From NCBI RefSeq assembly GCF_009914755.1, contig NC_060929.1: DNA of 64,000 bases, one strand, 5' to 3'. Shown here in pieces: positions 52,921 through 64,000 of the stretch. The position numbers and the translations under genes were made by a program. Source of the DNA: the human T2T-CHM13v2.0 reference genome, Homo sapiens. The notes under the pieces were generated by a model that did not search any database, was not told the origin of the DNA, and saw only the letters and a list, made by a program, of their open reading frames with translations. Every line of letters begins with the position of its first letter. Within the stretch, counting starts at the first letter, position 1.

Positions 52921-54286
52921 GGGCATTGAAGGCAAAGGGAACAAATCGTGCAACGGTACAGAAAGCGTATGCTTGCCTTGGCTCAGAGCGATGAGATGGT
53001 CACTGGGCTCCTTAGAGTATATATTTAGTGCTGAATTCTGCCTCCCGAATTGCCGTTTGGACAGCTTGCCTTTGCATTTCAACGTCTTCTGTCTGCAAGG
53101 GCAGACTCAGTTCTTGACAGACCTCAGAAGGCCTGGAGGGGGGCCAAATGCTCCAGAAAGAGTCAAATGCTGCTGAGAAAAAGGAGGAGGTAAGAGTGGT
53201 AGAAGGACAGCAGTGGAGAGAGGAGGAGGAAGCGGAGAGCAAGCTCAAGTGTAAAGCCATCACTCTCCTCCAGCCAAAGTTCTGGCTCGTGGCCACCATG
53301 CAGATCCCTTTTTCCAAGGCCCAACTCCCAAGAAGAGCAACTTCACCAAAGGAGCCCAGCATTCATAGAAGGTCACCCTTGCTCATGAAACCTACCCTTT
53401 CCCAAAAGACACGGAAGTCCTGCTGAGAACAGTTCTTCTTAAAGGGCCAGCTGCCTCCAGTCCAGTCCTCTAAGGCCAAGGCCTTCTCTCATGTGATGCT
53501 CAGGGAAGGGGCAGTGACATCTTCTCTAGCTCCTCATTCCTCCCCCAGCCATTAACAACCTGACTAGAAACGCTCCCCCAGGCTCTGGTCCACAAGAAGC
53601 CAAATTGAACTAATGTCAGATGGTAGCAACAGCATAGCCAGAGCCCCAGCTTTCTGCTGGAAAGATGTGAGGCTGCTCCAGCCAGGGCAGTGACCCATCA
53701 AGCCTCTGCTCATTCTCCCTGCCTTGGAGGGCAGCAGCCATGGGGGCTGGTTCTCAGAGATGCTGAGGGACAAATATCAGACAGGGCTGGAGAGGGTGGG
53801 GATGACCAGAGAAGGAGGCCTGAGTTCAGAGTATTGGCTTTCGTCCCCGCAGCCACTTGACCCCAGCTACTCCTTGTCCCAGTGCCCTGTCTTTGCTCTT
53901 GAAACAGCAGTCTGCACAGTGGTCTGAACCAGAAACCAGAAGCCACCCTCAGCTCCTCCCTCTTCCACAAACCTAATACCCAAACACCTCTCAGACCCAT
54001 CACTGCCCTCCCTTGCCTCTGCCATCACCCCAGCCCAGACCAACCCCACAGACCCCACGAGGCTCTGGCCTGAGCCGCCTCCTAACCTTCTCTGCCTTAG
54101 TCCCTGTGACTCCCCTTCCGGTGCCCAGACCTCCGGCCAAGCAGCTGACCTCAGTGGTCTCTAGTTTTGCCATCTCTAAATGATCATCTCCATGGTCCCA
54201 GAATGGTGGGCAATTTTTCCTGTGGTCCTAGCAGAATGCTCCTGTACAGGAAAGCGCTGAGATTTCTCTCTATTCACCTTAAGGTC

Positions 54287-54483
54287 TTAATTCCCAGACT
54301 GAGGCAATTTTACCAACCCAGGAGACATTTGGCAATGTCTGGAGAGTTTTTTTGGTTGTCACAACTTAGAGAAGCATGCTGCTGGCATCTAGTGCATAGA
54401 GAGCAAGAATGTTGTTAAAAATCCCACAACCCCTGCCAGTGAAGCATTATCCCACCCCAAATGCCAGCAGTTGAGAAACCTCA
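54287..54483 (+). mobile_element. MER20
   Basis: CCCAGGAGACATTTGGCAATGTCTGGAGA...GGTTGTCACAACT...CTGGCATCTAGTG...GTTGAGAAACC. Confidence 0.9.
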
Positions 54484-55199
54484 CATAAAGGTGAAACTGT
54501 TCAACTCACTTCCTGGTGGCCCCTCCTAGGCCTCCCAGAGACCGCCACAAAGGTTTGCCCACCAGCACTCCCATCATCCCCTCTCTCGGGCCCTGAGTGT
54601 TCCGCCTGGGCCATCACCCATGACTTTCAGGCCTGGGCATCCCCTCCAGGCAGGGAACATGGATGTCCCAGCCCCCAGCCTCACCGCCACTAGAGGTCCT
54701 CCTAGCAGGGCCTGTGCCACCTTGGCAGCCCTCCCAGCAGATCCTGGGAGACACGAGACCCAGTGACTCTCTGACCATTCAGAGACTGGTCCTTCTCCAA
54801 AGAGACTGGAGAGGCAAGCGCCTTCGCTGGTGCCAAGAAGAAGGGCCAGGCAAGGGCCTCTCCCTGGGAGTCACTCTGCTTTGGGCAAAAAAATACGCTA
54901 AACAAGAACAAAGCCTGAGTCATTCCTTCTGTCTCCTAGGGCCCAGTGTCACACTCACTGCCAGGAGGGTTAGCCAAGGTTGGGGCTGCAGATGGCTGGG
55001 GTTAAATGCAGGAAGCTGGGACAATGCTGGCTGGAGCCACCTCCTAACCTTCCCTGCCCTACCCCCTCTGGTTCCCCTTCAGGCGCCCAGCCCTCCAGCC
55101 AAGTGGCTGACCCCTGGTTCTGCCTTCCTGCCTCCAGGCCTTTGCTCACAGCAGGCCCTTCCACTGGAAGGCGTGACCCCTGCTAATTCTACACATGCG

Positions 55200-55680
55200 G
55201 ATCCTACCTATTAGGTGCCGCCAAGGAAGGCCCCTGAGTCCCCTCCACTAAGAGATAACATAGCATTTTGAAGGCATACGTTCCCCTTGGTTTCTAGTTA
55301 CGACTGTTCATACATCACCCTTCCTAATGGACGATGACATTCCCAAGGGCAGGAGATGTCCCATTACTCTCTTAGCCATTGATGCCTAGTACAGGGCTGG
55401 GCCCACAGGAGATGGACAACTAGTAGAATAAATATGCCACCTCAGCCATGATCCCTCCTTCCTCTTAGCTTTCTCGTGAGCTCTTCCCTCTGCCTGGAAC
55501 ACCATTCCCACCACCCACCACCATGGTCCGTCTCCCCTTACTGGCTTAAGAGAGTCGCTTCCCTGAAGAGGCCTCCCCAGTTCCCTGGCCCAGGTAAGTG
55601 CCCTGCAATATGAACCAATAACAGCTGTGCATCTTTTTTTTCTTTTTTTCGTAGCTTTTGACACATTGCAATTAGGCACT
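55200..55680 (+). mobile_element. L2 fragments
   Basis: GGAAGGCCCCTGA...CCAAGGGCAGGA...TACAGGGCTGG; TCTTCCCTCTGCCTGGAAC...CACATTGCAATT. Confidence 0.62.
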
Positions 55681-56049
55681 CACCTAACCACCTTCTACTT
55701 AGGGAGTTTCCCTGCATTAAGAAACTCTCTCTAGTCTCTCCCTCTGGGTAACGTGAAACTGATGCCCAGAGCAGGCTGAGCACTCATGCCTGCCGAGCCT
55801 CAGTGCTCTTCATACTGGGCCCCCTTCCCAACCACATTCCCCTTCCCTTCGTCTTTTCTGGCAGAGCACATATCCCTATAAAGAGGCTGAAAATGCCAGT
55901 CACCTGCTTTCCCAGCCTCCCTCGCAGCTGGAACACAGACGTGTGACCAATCCTGGCCAATGAGACCAGAGGAGGAGCAGCTGGGGGCTTCTGGGAAAAG
56001 TTTCCTTTCCCTCTTTTTTGTTGGGTGAAATTGTGTCCACTTGTAACAA
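55623..56049 (+). repeat. Local direct duplication, copy 1
   Basis: About 95% identical by manual alignment to 59597-60016. Confidence 0.95.
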
Positions 56050-56550
56050 CTGCTAGATGTGGAAGCCATTTTGCACCATGAGCGGAGACACTCCTAATTC
56101 TCAGAAGATCGCAGAAAGAAGTCTATGGAAAATACCTGTGACCTTGAGGAGGCTGCTGAGCTACTGCAGCATCTCAAGGGCTTCTCCGTCTCTAGACATC
56201 TTCCTACATAAAATAATAAATGTCCTATTGGGTTAAGCCGGTGTTTTTCACACTGTGGGTTGCACTCCATTAATGAGACATGAGATTATATTAGTGGGTC
56301 ATGATTAGCATTTCTAATAGAATTAAAATAGGAAAGAATAGACAAAAATATTAGGTAGCATCACATAAAGTAAAGGTAAGTGCTGCTTGTGAAAATTTGC
56401 TTCAGTTTATACTCTTGCATATGTGCTAAGGGACAATTTAAAATGCGTTTTTTTTACTATGCACTGAGAGTTTTTTGAAAGCAAAGCTTAAAACTTGTTT
56501 CAGTTAAAGATTCTGTTCCTTGCAGACAAATGCATTATGTCCCATAGAGG
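55800..56550 (+). mobile_element. MaLR LTR (MLT1-type) split by a hAT MITE
   Basis: CTTTCCCAGCCTCCCTCGCAGCT...TGTGACCAATCCTGGCCAATGAGA...GGCTTCTGGGAAA...AGCCATTTTGCACCATGAG...GTTAAGCC | TTCTGTTCCTTGCAG. Confidence 0.78.
56240..56485. mobile_element. hAT-Charlie MITE (Charlie15-like)
   Basis: TTTTCACACTGTGGGTTGC...TTAGTGGGTCATGA...GCATCACATAAAGTAAAGGTAAGT...TTTGAAAGC. Confidence 0.65.
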
Positions 56551-56599
56551 TATCCTTCAGCAACCCCAAAAACTTCCACTCTCACCATGTGAGTTGTTT

Positions 56600-57095
56600 A
56601 CTGACCAAGAGACCATTGCATTTGCTGTCTAAATCATTTATGGCAGGTGTATTTAGTACTGTCATTACATAACTTAATTAAATATTATGCCAACGAATGA
56701 AATAAGAGCATTAAAGAAACATTGCTGTTTCTAAGTTGACCACTTTGGAAAGAATCAATAAAGGCAAGTCTCAGAAAACATATCTGTTGGATGGAGGTGA
56801 GGAGAAAACTCCAAACAACTGGCAACAAGAGCCACAAAATTCTAGAAAGATTATGCACTTGTATTAATTCATACATATTTTGTTTCACTTTAAAGAAAAA
56901 AGATACAGAACTTTATTCTGCAAAGTCAGACGCCACAAAAGACTCTTTCCTACATCACACTATTGGTGACTGAATGTATATGTGAATATTTTCAGTAAAA
57001 ATAAACTGTGTAAAAGTCATATAGGTATTGTTCTTATAATTTCTTATTGTAACAAAGTTTTTTTTTGATTGACTGCCTACCTTTCCATATCATAT
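56600..57095 (+). mobile_element. TcMar-Tigger fossil (Tigger15-like) with a degenerate transposase N-terminus
   Basis: AAGTTGACCACTTTGGAAAGAATCAATAAAGGCAAGTCT reads KLTTLERINKGKS, resembling the Tigger/CENP-B-type HTH start (KLNALERLDKGES). Confidence 0.6.
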
Positions 57096-57326
57096 TTCAC
57101 ATGGAGCTCTGTGCACAATTGTATGATGTCTCTATTCTACAATTGATTGTAAACTCCACAAGAGCAGAAAACATGACCATCTTGTTCATCACTTTATACT
57201 CTGGCACAGTACTGGGTACATAGAAGATTCTTAATAGATATTATTCAAGTGTATAATTAACAAAAGAAATGAACAAGAAAACCCATTAAGTATTACCTCA
57301 CTTTACTCTCAAAAAAGCCTTGTCAA

Positions 57327-58085
57327 GTGTGGCAATTCCTCAAGGATCTAGAACTAGAAATACCATTTGACCCAGCCATCCCATTACTGGGTATATACCC
57401 AAAGGATTACAAATCATGCTGCTATAAAGACACATGCACACGTATGTTTATTGCGGCACTATTCACAATAGCAAAGACTTGGAACTAACCCAAATGTCCA
57501 TCAATGATAGACTGGAAAGCATAATAATAATAATAATAAAAAGAAAGTAAAAGAACTCACAAAATTAAGCATACAATCCCCACCGCAAAAAGTGTTGGAA
57601 TAGGTATATTAATATTAGACAAAGCAGGTTTTAAAAAACATGTATTATAAAAGACTAGAGAAATATTTCATAATAGTAAAAGGGTAAATTCAGCAGGATA
57701 GACATATGTCAATAATAATAAATGAATCTGATTGCATAACTTCAAAAAAAAAAAAGAAAATGTGGCACATATACACCATGGGATACTATGCAGCCATAAA
57801 AAAGGATGAGTTCATGTCCTTTGTAGGGACATGGATGAAGCTGAAAACCATCATTCTCAGCAAACTATCACAAGGACAAAAAACCAAACACTGCATGTTC
57901 TCACTCATAGGTGGGAATTGAACAATGAGAATACTTGGACACAGGAGGGGGAACATCACACACCGGGGCCTGTCGTGGGGTAGAGGGAGGGGGGAGGGAT
58001 AGCACTGGGAGATATACCTAATGTAAATGTAAACAAACCTGCACATTGTGCACATGTACCCTGGAACTTAAAGTATAATAATAAA
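57327..58085 (+). mobile_element. L1PA (L1PA4-6-like) ORF2 end and 3' UTR, 5'-truncated, with an internal insertion
   Basis: GATCTAGAACTAGAAATACCATTTGACCCAGCCATCCC...AACTTAAAGTATAATAATAAAA; TSD AAAAAA(G/A)CCTTGTCAA at 57311-57326 and ~58086-58101. Confidence 0.96.
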
Positions 58086-58809
58086 AAAAAAACCTTGTCA
58101 AATAGAGAGGAGTTTTATATTTGTATCTTAAAACTGGAGAGGAATTAGTTGTGGTTCAGAAAAGCAAACTGACGTCAGTCACACTACTAGTACCAAGAAC
58201 CTACCACCCACTACCCACTACCCGTAAAGCCAAGCCCCCAGAATTCTTAGCTCATGGAATTATTCTGCTGCAAGAAGGTTATGACATGAGGCCATGACAT
58301 TACCAAAGATTCCTTACTGCATTTTCACTCCCAGGGCTATGATTTTGAAATTCCTTTGGAATTCTGCAGAGAATTCTGAGTTTTGTGAGTTTAATTAACA
58401 TTTTGAGTGTTATTGGTGAAGTTTTATCAGAGAATCGCTTTTTTTTTTTTTTTTTTTTACATGTAAGTCTACAGCCAGAGGCCAGTATTTGGATCCCCAG
58501 AGAATGTTTCCAATTTTATGGTAGGAATTGATGGGAAAAGATTATTTTTGACAGAAATTCACCTGACGGCAGAATTTCCTGGGTCACATCTCTTCAGTTA
58601 AGTAGAAGATTCCTGATTCTGAACAGTCAAACAATTTAATACCAACTGTCAACTAGCATTGAAGATTTTTATGTCCTTAGTTCAGCTTTGTGCTTGACCT
58701 TTCTTGTGCACCTCCCTTTTTTATTCTGGGACATTAATGGTTGTTTATAAAAGAAAACATATAATAAAATTGTAAAATCTGTTTATTCATGTATATATGC
58801 TCAAAAATG

Positions 58810-58965
58810 TGTCAAGGCATGAGGAAGTCTTCTAGGGTACGGGACAAATTCTATGTCTTGACCTGGGTATTGGTTACCCAGGGTATACATTAAAAGACCA
58901 TTGAGCCACTTAAGATCCATATGCTTTACTGTATGTAAGACGCACCTAAATAAAAAGATTTTTTA
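58810..58965 (+). mobile_element. L1ME 3' UTR fragment
   Basis: TTCTATGTCTTGACCTGGGT...GGTTAC...CACTTAAGAT...CTTTACTGTATGTAA. Confidence 0.72.
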
Positions 58966-59227
58966 AAATGTGTCTGGCTTTAATCTTACAGAGAGCCAAA
59001 ACTTGATAGATGTAACTAGTACATCCTACAGTAAATCAGTTCAAACCTACAAACATTTATTAAGGGCTTACTATGTACAAGGCACTGTGCTGGACCATGA
59101 ATAGGACAGAATGTAATGATGATACTAATTATAAATGATTCTTGATACACGATGAGCCCTCAAGAGATGTTGTGGAATAAAAGAATGACTTAATTAATCA
59201 CTAGCACAGGTAGAGGGGCTAATTTTA

Positions 59228-59532
59228 TTTTATTTTTTTTTTTATTTATTTTTGAGACAGAGTCTTGCTCTGTTGCCCAGGCTAGAGGGCAGTGGTATGA
59301 TCTTAGCTCACTGCAACCTCCACCTCCTGGGTTCAAGTGATTCTCTTGCCTCAGCCTCACTAGTAGCTGAGATTACAGGCATGCACTACCATGCCCAGAT
59401 AACTTCTGTATTTTTAGTAAAAATGGTGTTTTACCATGTTGGCCAGGCTGGTCTCAAACTCCTGACCTCAAGTGATCCACCCACCCCAGCCTCCCAAAAT
59501 ACTGGGATTACAGGCATGAGGCACACCCAGCC
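59228..59532 (-). mobile_element. AluSx/Sz-like, inside an L2 (-) fragment
   Basis: Dimeric Alu, CTGACCTCAAGTGATCC; TSD GGCTAATTTTA on both sides. Confidence 0.95.
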
Positions 59533-59596
59533 AAGAGGCTAATTTTAAATAGGAACAGAGATGTACTGTCTCCTGATGCTGAAAAAAGGAAGATAA

Positions 59597-60016
59597 AGCT
59601 GTGTGCATCTTTTTTTTCATAGTTTCTGTCACGTTGCAGTTAGGCACTCACCTAACCACCCTCTTACTTAGGGAGCTTCCCTGGATTAAGAAACTCTCTC
59701 TAGTCTCTCCCTCTGGGTAACGTGAAACTGATGCCCAGAGCAGGCTGAGCACTCATGCCTGCCAGGCCTCAATGCTCTTCATACTGGGCCCTCTTCCCAA
59801 CCACATTCCCCTTCCCTTCGTCGTTTCTGGCAGAGCACATATCCCTATAAAGAGGCTGAAAATGCCAGTCACCTGCTTTCCCAGCCTCCCTTGCAGCTGG
59901 AGCACAGATGTGTGACCAATCCTGGCCAATGAGACCAGAGGAGGAGCAGCTGGGGGCTTCTGGGAAGTTTCCTTTCCCTCTTTTTTGTTGAGTGCAATTG
60001 TGTCCACTTGTAACAA
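59597..60016 (+). repeat. Local direct duplication, copy 2
   Basis: About 95% identical by manual alignment to 55623-56049. Confidence 0.95.
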
Positions 60017-60039
60017 GTGGACTCTATGCCCCCAGGGAG

Positions 60040-60215
60040 TGAGACGTTGTTGCATAATGGTTACATAGTTTCTGTTTGGGGTGATGGAAAGTTTTGAAAA
60101 TAAATCATGGTGATGGTTGCACAACATCGTGAATGTAATCAATACCATTGAACTGTACACTTGAAAACCATTAAAATGGAAAATTTTATGTTATATATTT
60201 TTAACTACAACAAAA
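60040..60215 (+). mobile_element. L1MB 3' end fragment
   Basis: AGTTTCTGTTTGGGGTGATGGAAAG...GGTGATGGTTGCACAACATCGTGAATGTA...GAACTGTACACTT. Confidence 0.9.
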
Positions 60216-60399
60216 ATATTTCAGAAATATGCCTATTCACACACAAATATGTATTATTCATCCCCACACACCACATCTCTCAGTTAATGTGGCCTATCAA
60301 TCAAAGCTTAATATCTGCTGCTTTTCTTTCTTATTTGGGGCTATCCTCTACCCTCTCCATCGAACTTCTGTCCCCAGAGTACTGACCCTCATCTCCCCT

Positions 60400-60925
60400 C
60401 ACCTTCCTAACTGGCTTTTCTTAATCCAAACATTACACACCAATAAGACGAAACTCCAGCAGTTTTAATAATGGCTCTTTTGTGCTCAAGTATCTCTAGT
60501 GAGTCTTAGTGAATTCGTACATCATGGAGCTTCCTGAAGTTTATATTCTTGCCTCTTCACCACAGGGCTGACCTATCTTTCTAGCCTCATCTTGATTGTC
60601 TCAACCTTCCATTAAAATGGACTTTTTATTTGTGTCCTTGCTTCTGTTTCTTTATTCAAGCTTCTACTCGATGAAAATTGTTATCTCTGTTAACCTCACC
60701 TATTGACATAGTGAATCCTCAAGCTCCCATCCCTAAACAAATATCCTCCAAGAAGTTTCCCCAAGGCTCTCCTCCTCTAGAACTAATTCTCTTTATCTGA
60801 CTATATATCTTCCTTGGGAGTTCATCTTTTTGTTTTTTTCCAAACTCTTTTTAATTCTAAGATTCTCTGATAATTTCTGAAATATCTGTCTCGTAATTAA
60901 TAAATATTTATTGCTGGACAATGAA
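60400..60925 (+). mobile_element. L2 3' region
   Basis: AATGGCTC...CCTATCTTTCTAGCCTCATCT...TCCTCCAAGAAGTTTCCC...AATAAATATTTATTG. Confidence 0.6.
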
Positions 60926-61109
60926 ATGTACCTGGATCCTTGGAGTGAATAGTAAAGGCAAGCCTGTGGCAACTGGAGTGCAGCTAATTAGAAAGGGCTA
61001 ATTAACAAACTTTTAAGACATGGTTTGTTTACGTGGAATACTTTGGGTCTCAATAATCACTGTAAAACCAGTTATTTGCAGCTATTAGATACACATTATA
61101 CAAACACTA

Positions 61110-61815
61110 ACATTTAAAAATGTGTGGTTACACTAATGTAGTAATATACCACCAAAGCGAATTTCCACCAGAAAGTAGGACTTAGAGATACAGAGGAACA
61201 TTTCATGATGATGGAAGGATCCATTCAACAAGAAGAAGACAAAAAAAAAATTTGTGTGCACTTAATAATACAGTTTCAGAATATATATGTATAGCAAAAG
61301 TAGACTGCAAAAAACACACAAAAAAAAGTTTAAAAGAACAGTAGCCGAGCGTGGTGGCTCATGCCTATAGTCCCAACTACTCGGGAGACTGAGGCAGGCG
61401 GATCACTTGAACCCAAGAGTTTGAGGCTACGATGATTTATAATCGCAGCACTGCACTCCAGCCTGGGTGACAGAGAAAGACCTTGTTTCTTATTTTAAAA
61501 ATAAATAAACAAATAAAAGCAGAAATAGACAAATCTACCCATAAGCCAAGATTTTAACACATCGCCGGGTAACTGATATAAGAAGTGGACAAAAATCAAT
61601 TAGGATACAACAGACTTTTAAAAATGCTATCAACAAAACTGACCTAATTAACATTTCTTGAACACTATACACAACAACTTCAGAATACACGTAAGTGCAC
61701 ACGGAATATAAAACAAGCATTTTAAAAGTCTCAACAAATATGAGAGGAATATAATCATAAGAGTATGTCCTCTGACCACAGAAAAATTAAACCAGCAATT
61801 TTTAAAAAGATGACT
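61110..61815 (+). mobile_element. Old L1M ORF2 (endonuclease region) fragment
   Basis: ACATTTCATGATGATGGAAGGATCCATTCAACAAGAAG; GAAATAGACAAATC; ACTGACCTAATT...ACACTATACAC. Confidence 0.85.
61343..61519 (+). mobile_element. Free right Alu monomer (FRAM/FAM)
   Basis: Single ~150-bp monomer with right-arm features plus (TAAA)n tail. Confidence 0.85.
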
Positions 61816-61849
61816 AAAGTGTTCCCACTCCTCCTCCTCCACCACCCAG

Positions 61850-62055
61850 CCATTCTCCATCTTAGCACCAATCATAGCATTTATCACAGCTCGAATTTTA
61901 TATTTTTAATCTTTTTCATTTTCTTCTTCTTTCCCACTGGACAATAAACTCCATGAAGGAAAGATCTCATCTAGTTTCCTACTGTATTCCCCAGTGTCAG
62001 GAACAATGTCTGACTGGAGGCAGGCTCTCAAGAAATATTTGTTGAATAAATGAAC
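61850..62055 (+). mobile_element. L2 3' end
   Basis: TAAACTCCATGAAGG...ACTGTATTCCCCAGTG...CTCAAGAAATATTTGTTGAATAAATGAA. Confidence 0.85.
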
Positions 62056-62134
62056 AGCACTGATGGAGAGGTTAATCTGAAAAAGACTGGATGTATTGTT
62101 TCCTGGTACTGAATAAAGAAGATAAGGGTATGTG

Positions 62135-62690
62135 TGCACATTGATCAGGACATTTTTGGTTAGTAGTAAGAGAAACCGAGTTTAAACTGACTTAGGCAGA
62201 AAAAGGGAATTTCCTGGCCCCTTTAACTAAAAAGTACAGAAGCAGCACCTTCAGGAATAGCTTGATCTAGGGATTCAGATGACGTCATTGGCTCCCTCTC
62301 TTTCTTTTTTTTTCATCTCTTAGAGTTGTGATGGCTCCAGTCTCATGTAGGACCTATCCTCATGGTATAAGCATACTCGTGATTAATGCACAAACTTTAC
62401 CCTCCTAGCTTAGTCATCCCAGCAGAATGTAAACTTCTCACTCTGAATCATTCCTGAGGTAGTTTCTCATTGGACACTCTTTGGCCCTGTATCTATTCAA
62501 AACACAGTCATTCTGGCCAGGGAGATTGACTCTTTTTATTGAACACCCAAATTCAAAGGATATGATCACTCCCATTCAAAACAGACAAATTGAGTAGAGC
62601 AAGTGTTTTCCCAAAGGAAAACTGAGTCACTATTACCGGAAGAAAGGGACATGTATACTGAGCAAGCAAAACCTATGGAGGCCCTCTCTA
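62135..62690 (-). mobile_element. Old MaLR LTR (MLT1K-like)
   Basis: AAACTGACTTAGGCAGAAAAAGGGAATTT; CTTCAGGAATAGCTTGATCTAGGG; TTCCCAAAGGAAAACTG. Confidence 0.72.
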
Positions 62691-63279
62691 GTGCAGGTGC
62701 AAAAAGTGTATGGATTAAAAAATAGGAAGTTGTGAAAGATTTCCCCTAATGGCCTCCACGGGCTGCTGTGAAGGAGATGGTGAAGGTTTGAATGCATCTT
62801 TGAAGTATATGGAAGATTAAATAAAAACAAGACAAAAAAGAAACCAAGACAAAAGACAAAGCTACTTTAGAAACTGCAGTGTTTTCATGATGGCACCAGT
62901 CTTCACAGCTGCATGAGTTCTAGCTTCAAGCCACTTGAGGACTTGAAAAGGTAGAGAGTGGCATCATCACAGGGCTGGGGGCTTGCCAGGTGGGTGATGT
63001 GTAGCTAACAAATGGAAAGGTCAAGGACCTAGGAGTCTCAGGGGGCACAGAGCACGCATGAAGTGTGGGGGGCCAGAGGATGAGACATGAGCATTTTCAG
63101 CTTGTGACCAAGTGCAGGGAGTGAGGTTGAAATGGAGTGGAGGTAATGTTATGAAAGTTATGAGAGTTACAAAGGCCCAGGAATTTTGAGGTGTTTGGAT
63201 GAGTTGTTTAAATGGAAAAGGGATCTCTGAGAATGATGACAGGAGCTGGGGTGAAGAGGCAGATGAATGCTTTCCACAC

Positions 63280-63790
63280 CTCAGTCTTGCCTTCATTTGC
63301 ACAACATTCACCGTGGAGGATATCTGTAGACTGGCCAGCATCCATTCCCCTTCCCTCTGGAAAAATAACACCTCCTTTTTTTTTTTCCAAGAGAGCCACT
63401 CTGCCCTCATGTTTAGTTAGGCGGATCATTTGAAGCTGATCACACCTGGACTTCATAGTAGGTATGTGACAAGGCCTTAAAAGATATCATATTTTATTCT
63501 CCTGCCATAGTGATTGAATCAGGATGGACACATGACCCAAACTAGGCCAATTATTGAGACTATTGAGAAAGAGGACTTCTCTTTCTACCAGGATTGTTAA
63601 TCTACTATAAGTCTGGAGTTTCTAGAGACCTTCTCTGCAACATCAGCAGAAATGCTGTTTGAGAAGCCTATACAGAGTAAAATGGAGCTGAAAGAAAGAA
63701 AAAAAATGCCTAACAATATCACTGGTCATCTGGATTCAGCTGTTTCTGTAGTTCCAAATCTATCCTTAGGCTTTTAAGATACATAATCCA
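63280..63790 (+). mobile_element. Old MaLR LTR (MLT1K/L-like)
   Basis: GTGATTGAATCAGGATGGACACATGACCCAAACTAGGCCAAT; CTGGATTCAGCTGT. Confidence 0.72.
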
Positions 63791-64000
63791 GAGACTTTTG
63801 CTATACTCCCTCTGAGAAAAGCTGAAAAAGCCAGACAAAAACCCTTTTTTCCTTTTTAACCTGTTTAAAAGTATTGGAAATCTGCTGAAACAACCAGAAC
63901 TAGAGGAGACAAGAGTCAGAGAGTAGGAAGTGTAAAAAAGTGATTTGGCATTGTGAAGCTACTTTCTCCTTGGGGAAAAAGTTTGTTGATTTGGCATGCA

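Noticed and set aside
53148-53426. Glu/Lys-rich 92-aa ORF resembling a processed pseudogene
   Set aside because: Purine-rich low complexity; no recognisable parent protein, poly-A or TSD
54663-55214. 183-aa Pro/Leu-rich ORF
   Set aside because: No recognisable domain or splice structure; long ORFs are expected by chance in GC-rich DNA
57706-58055. ORFs resembling database 'hypothetical proteins' (MWHIYTM...)
   Set aside because: L1 ORF2 C-terminus and 3' UTR translations from a truncated L1PA

Overview
This is primate (very likely human) non-coding genomic DNA, either intergenic or deep intronic. I find no protein-coding exon, RNA gene, processed pseudogene, CpG island or prokaryotic system. 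The ORF track is explained by microsatellites, Alu/L1/LTR sequence and chance. Well over half of the window is interspersed repeat: 14 Alu-family copies or fragments, a ~7 kb degenerate L1MC-type LINE with four nested insertions, two L1PA 3' ends, many MaLR (MLT1/MST) solo LTRs, and MIR, L2, hAT and Tigger fossils. The most notable observations are (1) a tiny L1 3'-transduction-like insert (L1-type tail, ancient L1M ORF2 piece, AATAAA, poly-A) inside a younger L1PA, (2) a ~420 bp, ~95%-identical local duplication 4 kb apart that crosses TE boundaries, (3) an ~80 bp tandem duplication over an L2/LTR junction, (4) an Alu whose tail carries a G-quadruplex/GC-box tract, (5) an inverted Alu pair, and (6) a repeat-poor, motif-rich candidate enhancer at ~4.7-7.3 kb. 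Family and subfamily names come from recalled consensus sequences, not from a database search. Boundaries without a target-site duplication (TSD) are approximate. I cannot identify the locus, and I see no convincing novel biological system.
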